Assembly (NCBI GenBank): GCA_964016885.1
Contig: OZ024758.1
Location: 31,310,001 to 31,374,000, forward strand
Direction: 5' to 3'
From: Eledone cirrhosa
Taxonomy: Eukaryota
Length of the DNA stretch: 64,000 bases
The notes beneath the pieces are model-generated. The model had not been told where the DNA came from and did not search any database. It saw nothing but the letters and a program-made list of their open reading frames with translations. Position 1 is the stretch's first letter. Each line of letters opens with the position of its first letter. The translations under genes and the position numbers were made by a program. This document shows, in pieces, positions 63,007 to 64,000 of the stretch.

Positions 63007-63373
63007 ATATAAAAATCTAGAGAAACCTAGTAAATGAAGCTTAAGACAATCCAAATAAAATAAACAAAAGAAAATAAATGTATTTTTTCTAATTAGCCGC
63101 GCAATTACTTAGCCTTGCTTACACATGACAAAATGATAGATTTAGGTTTCATTCCTGACAGTAGATCGATATATAATCAATACTCTAATTAATATATTCC
63201 TTTCACTTATCTCAATTACTCATATAAACAAATTCTTTCATAACCCTGCTGTACATATTAACTGGTAATTAATCATAGTTTGGACAAATATATTTACCCC
63301 AGTCACACAGAACTAAACAATCATATACACACAATTACATATATATATATATATATATAAATATATATATATA

Positions 63374-64000
63374 TTTCGTTTCTGAATTTGTTTAACAAGA
63401 TTCTTTATCTGAAATCGTGTGTTGAAACCGATATTGTTATACTTTGGGAGGGTCATGTTGCCAATAAGAAACACACGCACCACATGCTTTCACTTCAATT
63501 TATTATATATTTATAAATTTATAAATTTATAAATTTATAGATTTCTGGTTGGTTGGTTGTTTCCACAACCAGATAGTTGTTTATATATAGTCATAGTTCT
63601 TTCGTCACACACTCTGTGACCTCTTTAGTGACTGGGGATTCCTTTCTTTGTTTCTGTGCCTCTCCTTTGTTCTGTCCTACGCCATTTTGTTTCTGTGTGT
63701 GTGTTGTGTGCTCAGTCTGCGCATGCGCCACATCCGGGTGTCTGTGTGTGTTTATGTTCATTTATTTATTTGTTTATTTACATGTTACTGGTTGGTTTTT
63801 TGTTCTATGTGTGTGTGAGTTTTCATTTTGTCCTTAATTGTAAGTTGTGATGTTGCTGTTCCACTCATATTTTCTATTTAATTTTGGTTGTAATTCTTTT
63901 ATGTTTATTGCCTCTGTAATTTGTCTAAACATTGCGTCTTTTCTGTGTGTAGATTCTATTTTTATTTCTATGTTCTCTAATTTACCCTTGTGTTCTATCT
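63374..64000 (-). mobile_element. Family N2 3' end (tail, pLTR, GIY-YIG terminus), runs off the window
   Basis: Homologous to 58861-59490; HHR at 63589-63633 has CTGAAGA mutated to CTAAAGA. Confidence 0.9.

Noticed and set aside
63007-63340. Unique AT-rich segment as a possible host exon
   Set aside because: No ORF or splice evidence that I can support

Overview
AT-rich eukaryotic (metazoan) DNA with no host gene; a tRNA-head/Meta-domain SINE suggests a cephalopod-like mollusc, but that is inference. The window is a dense nest of Penelope-like retroelements (PLEs) and their non-autonomous derivatives, almost all sitting in (TA)n microsatellite arrays. At least three PLE protein types occur. 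One is Neptune-like (Cx4CxxC linker, C-terminal GIY-YIG; near-complete copy at 22262-26595). One is Hydra-clade-like (CxCx5C linker; best copy at 35355-40372). A third is a GIY-YIG fragment at 57978-58465. By eye I find about 40 type I hammerhead ribozyme (HHR) motifs from about 15 sequence families. They lie in pseudo-LTRs (pLTRs), in 312-bp and ~468-bp retrozyme-like tandem units, and in fold-back mini-elements. Decayed Tx1/L1, RTE and CR1-like LINEs, a duplicated mariner fragment and SINE pieces are also present. The most unusual observations are four. (1) The (TA)n arrays carry a recurrent strand-specific AAAG/CTTT interruption whose polarity usually follows the orientation of the adjacent PLE, and arrays appear at truncation points inside coding sequences, raising a telomerase-like repeat-addition or polar-targeting hypothesis. 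(2) The Neptune-like RT has a ~70-aa insertion between motifs A and B', at the position of the telomerase insertion-in-fingers domain. (3) Many unrelated families share an inverted pLTR plus single ~60-140 nt tail architecture, and tail-only micro-insertions exist. (4) A 2.3-kb nested palindrome includes duplicated flanking DNA. Coordinates were read by hand and element boundaries are approximate.
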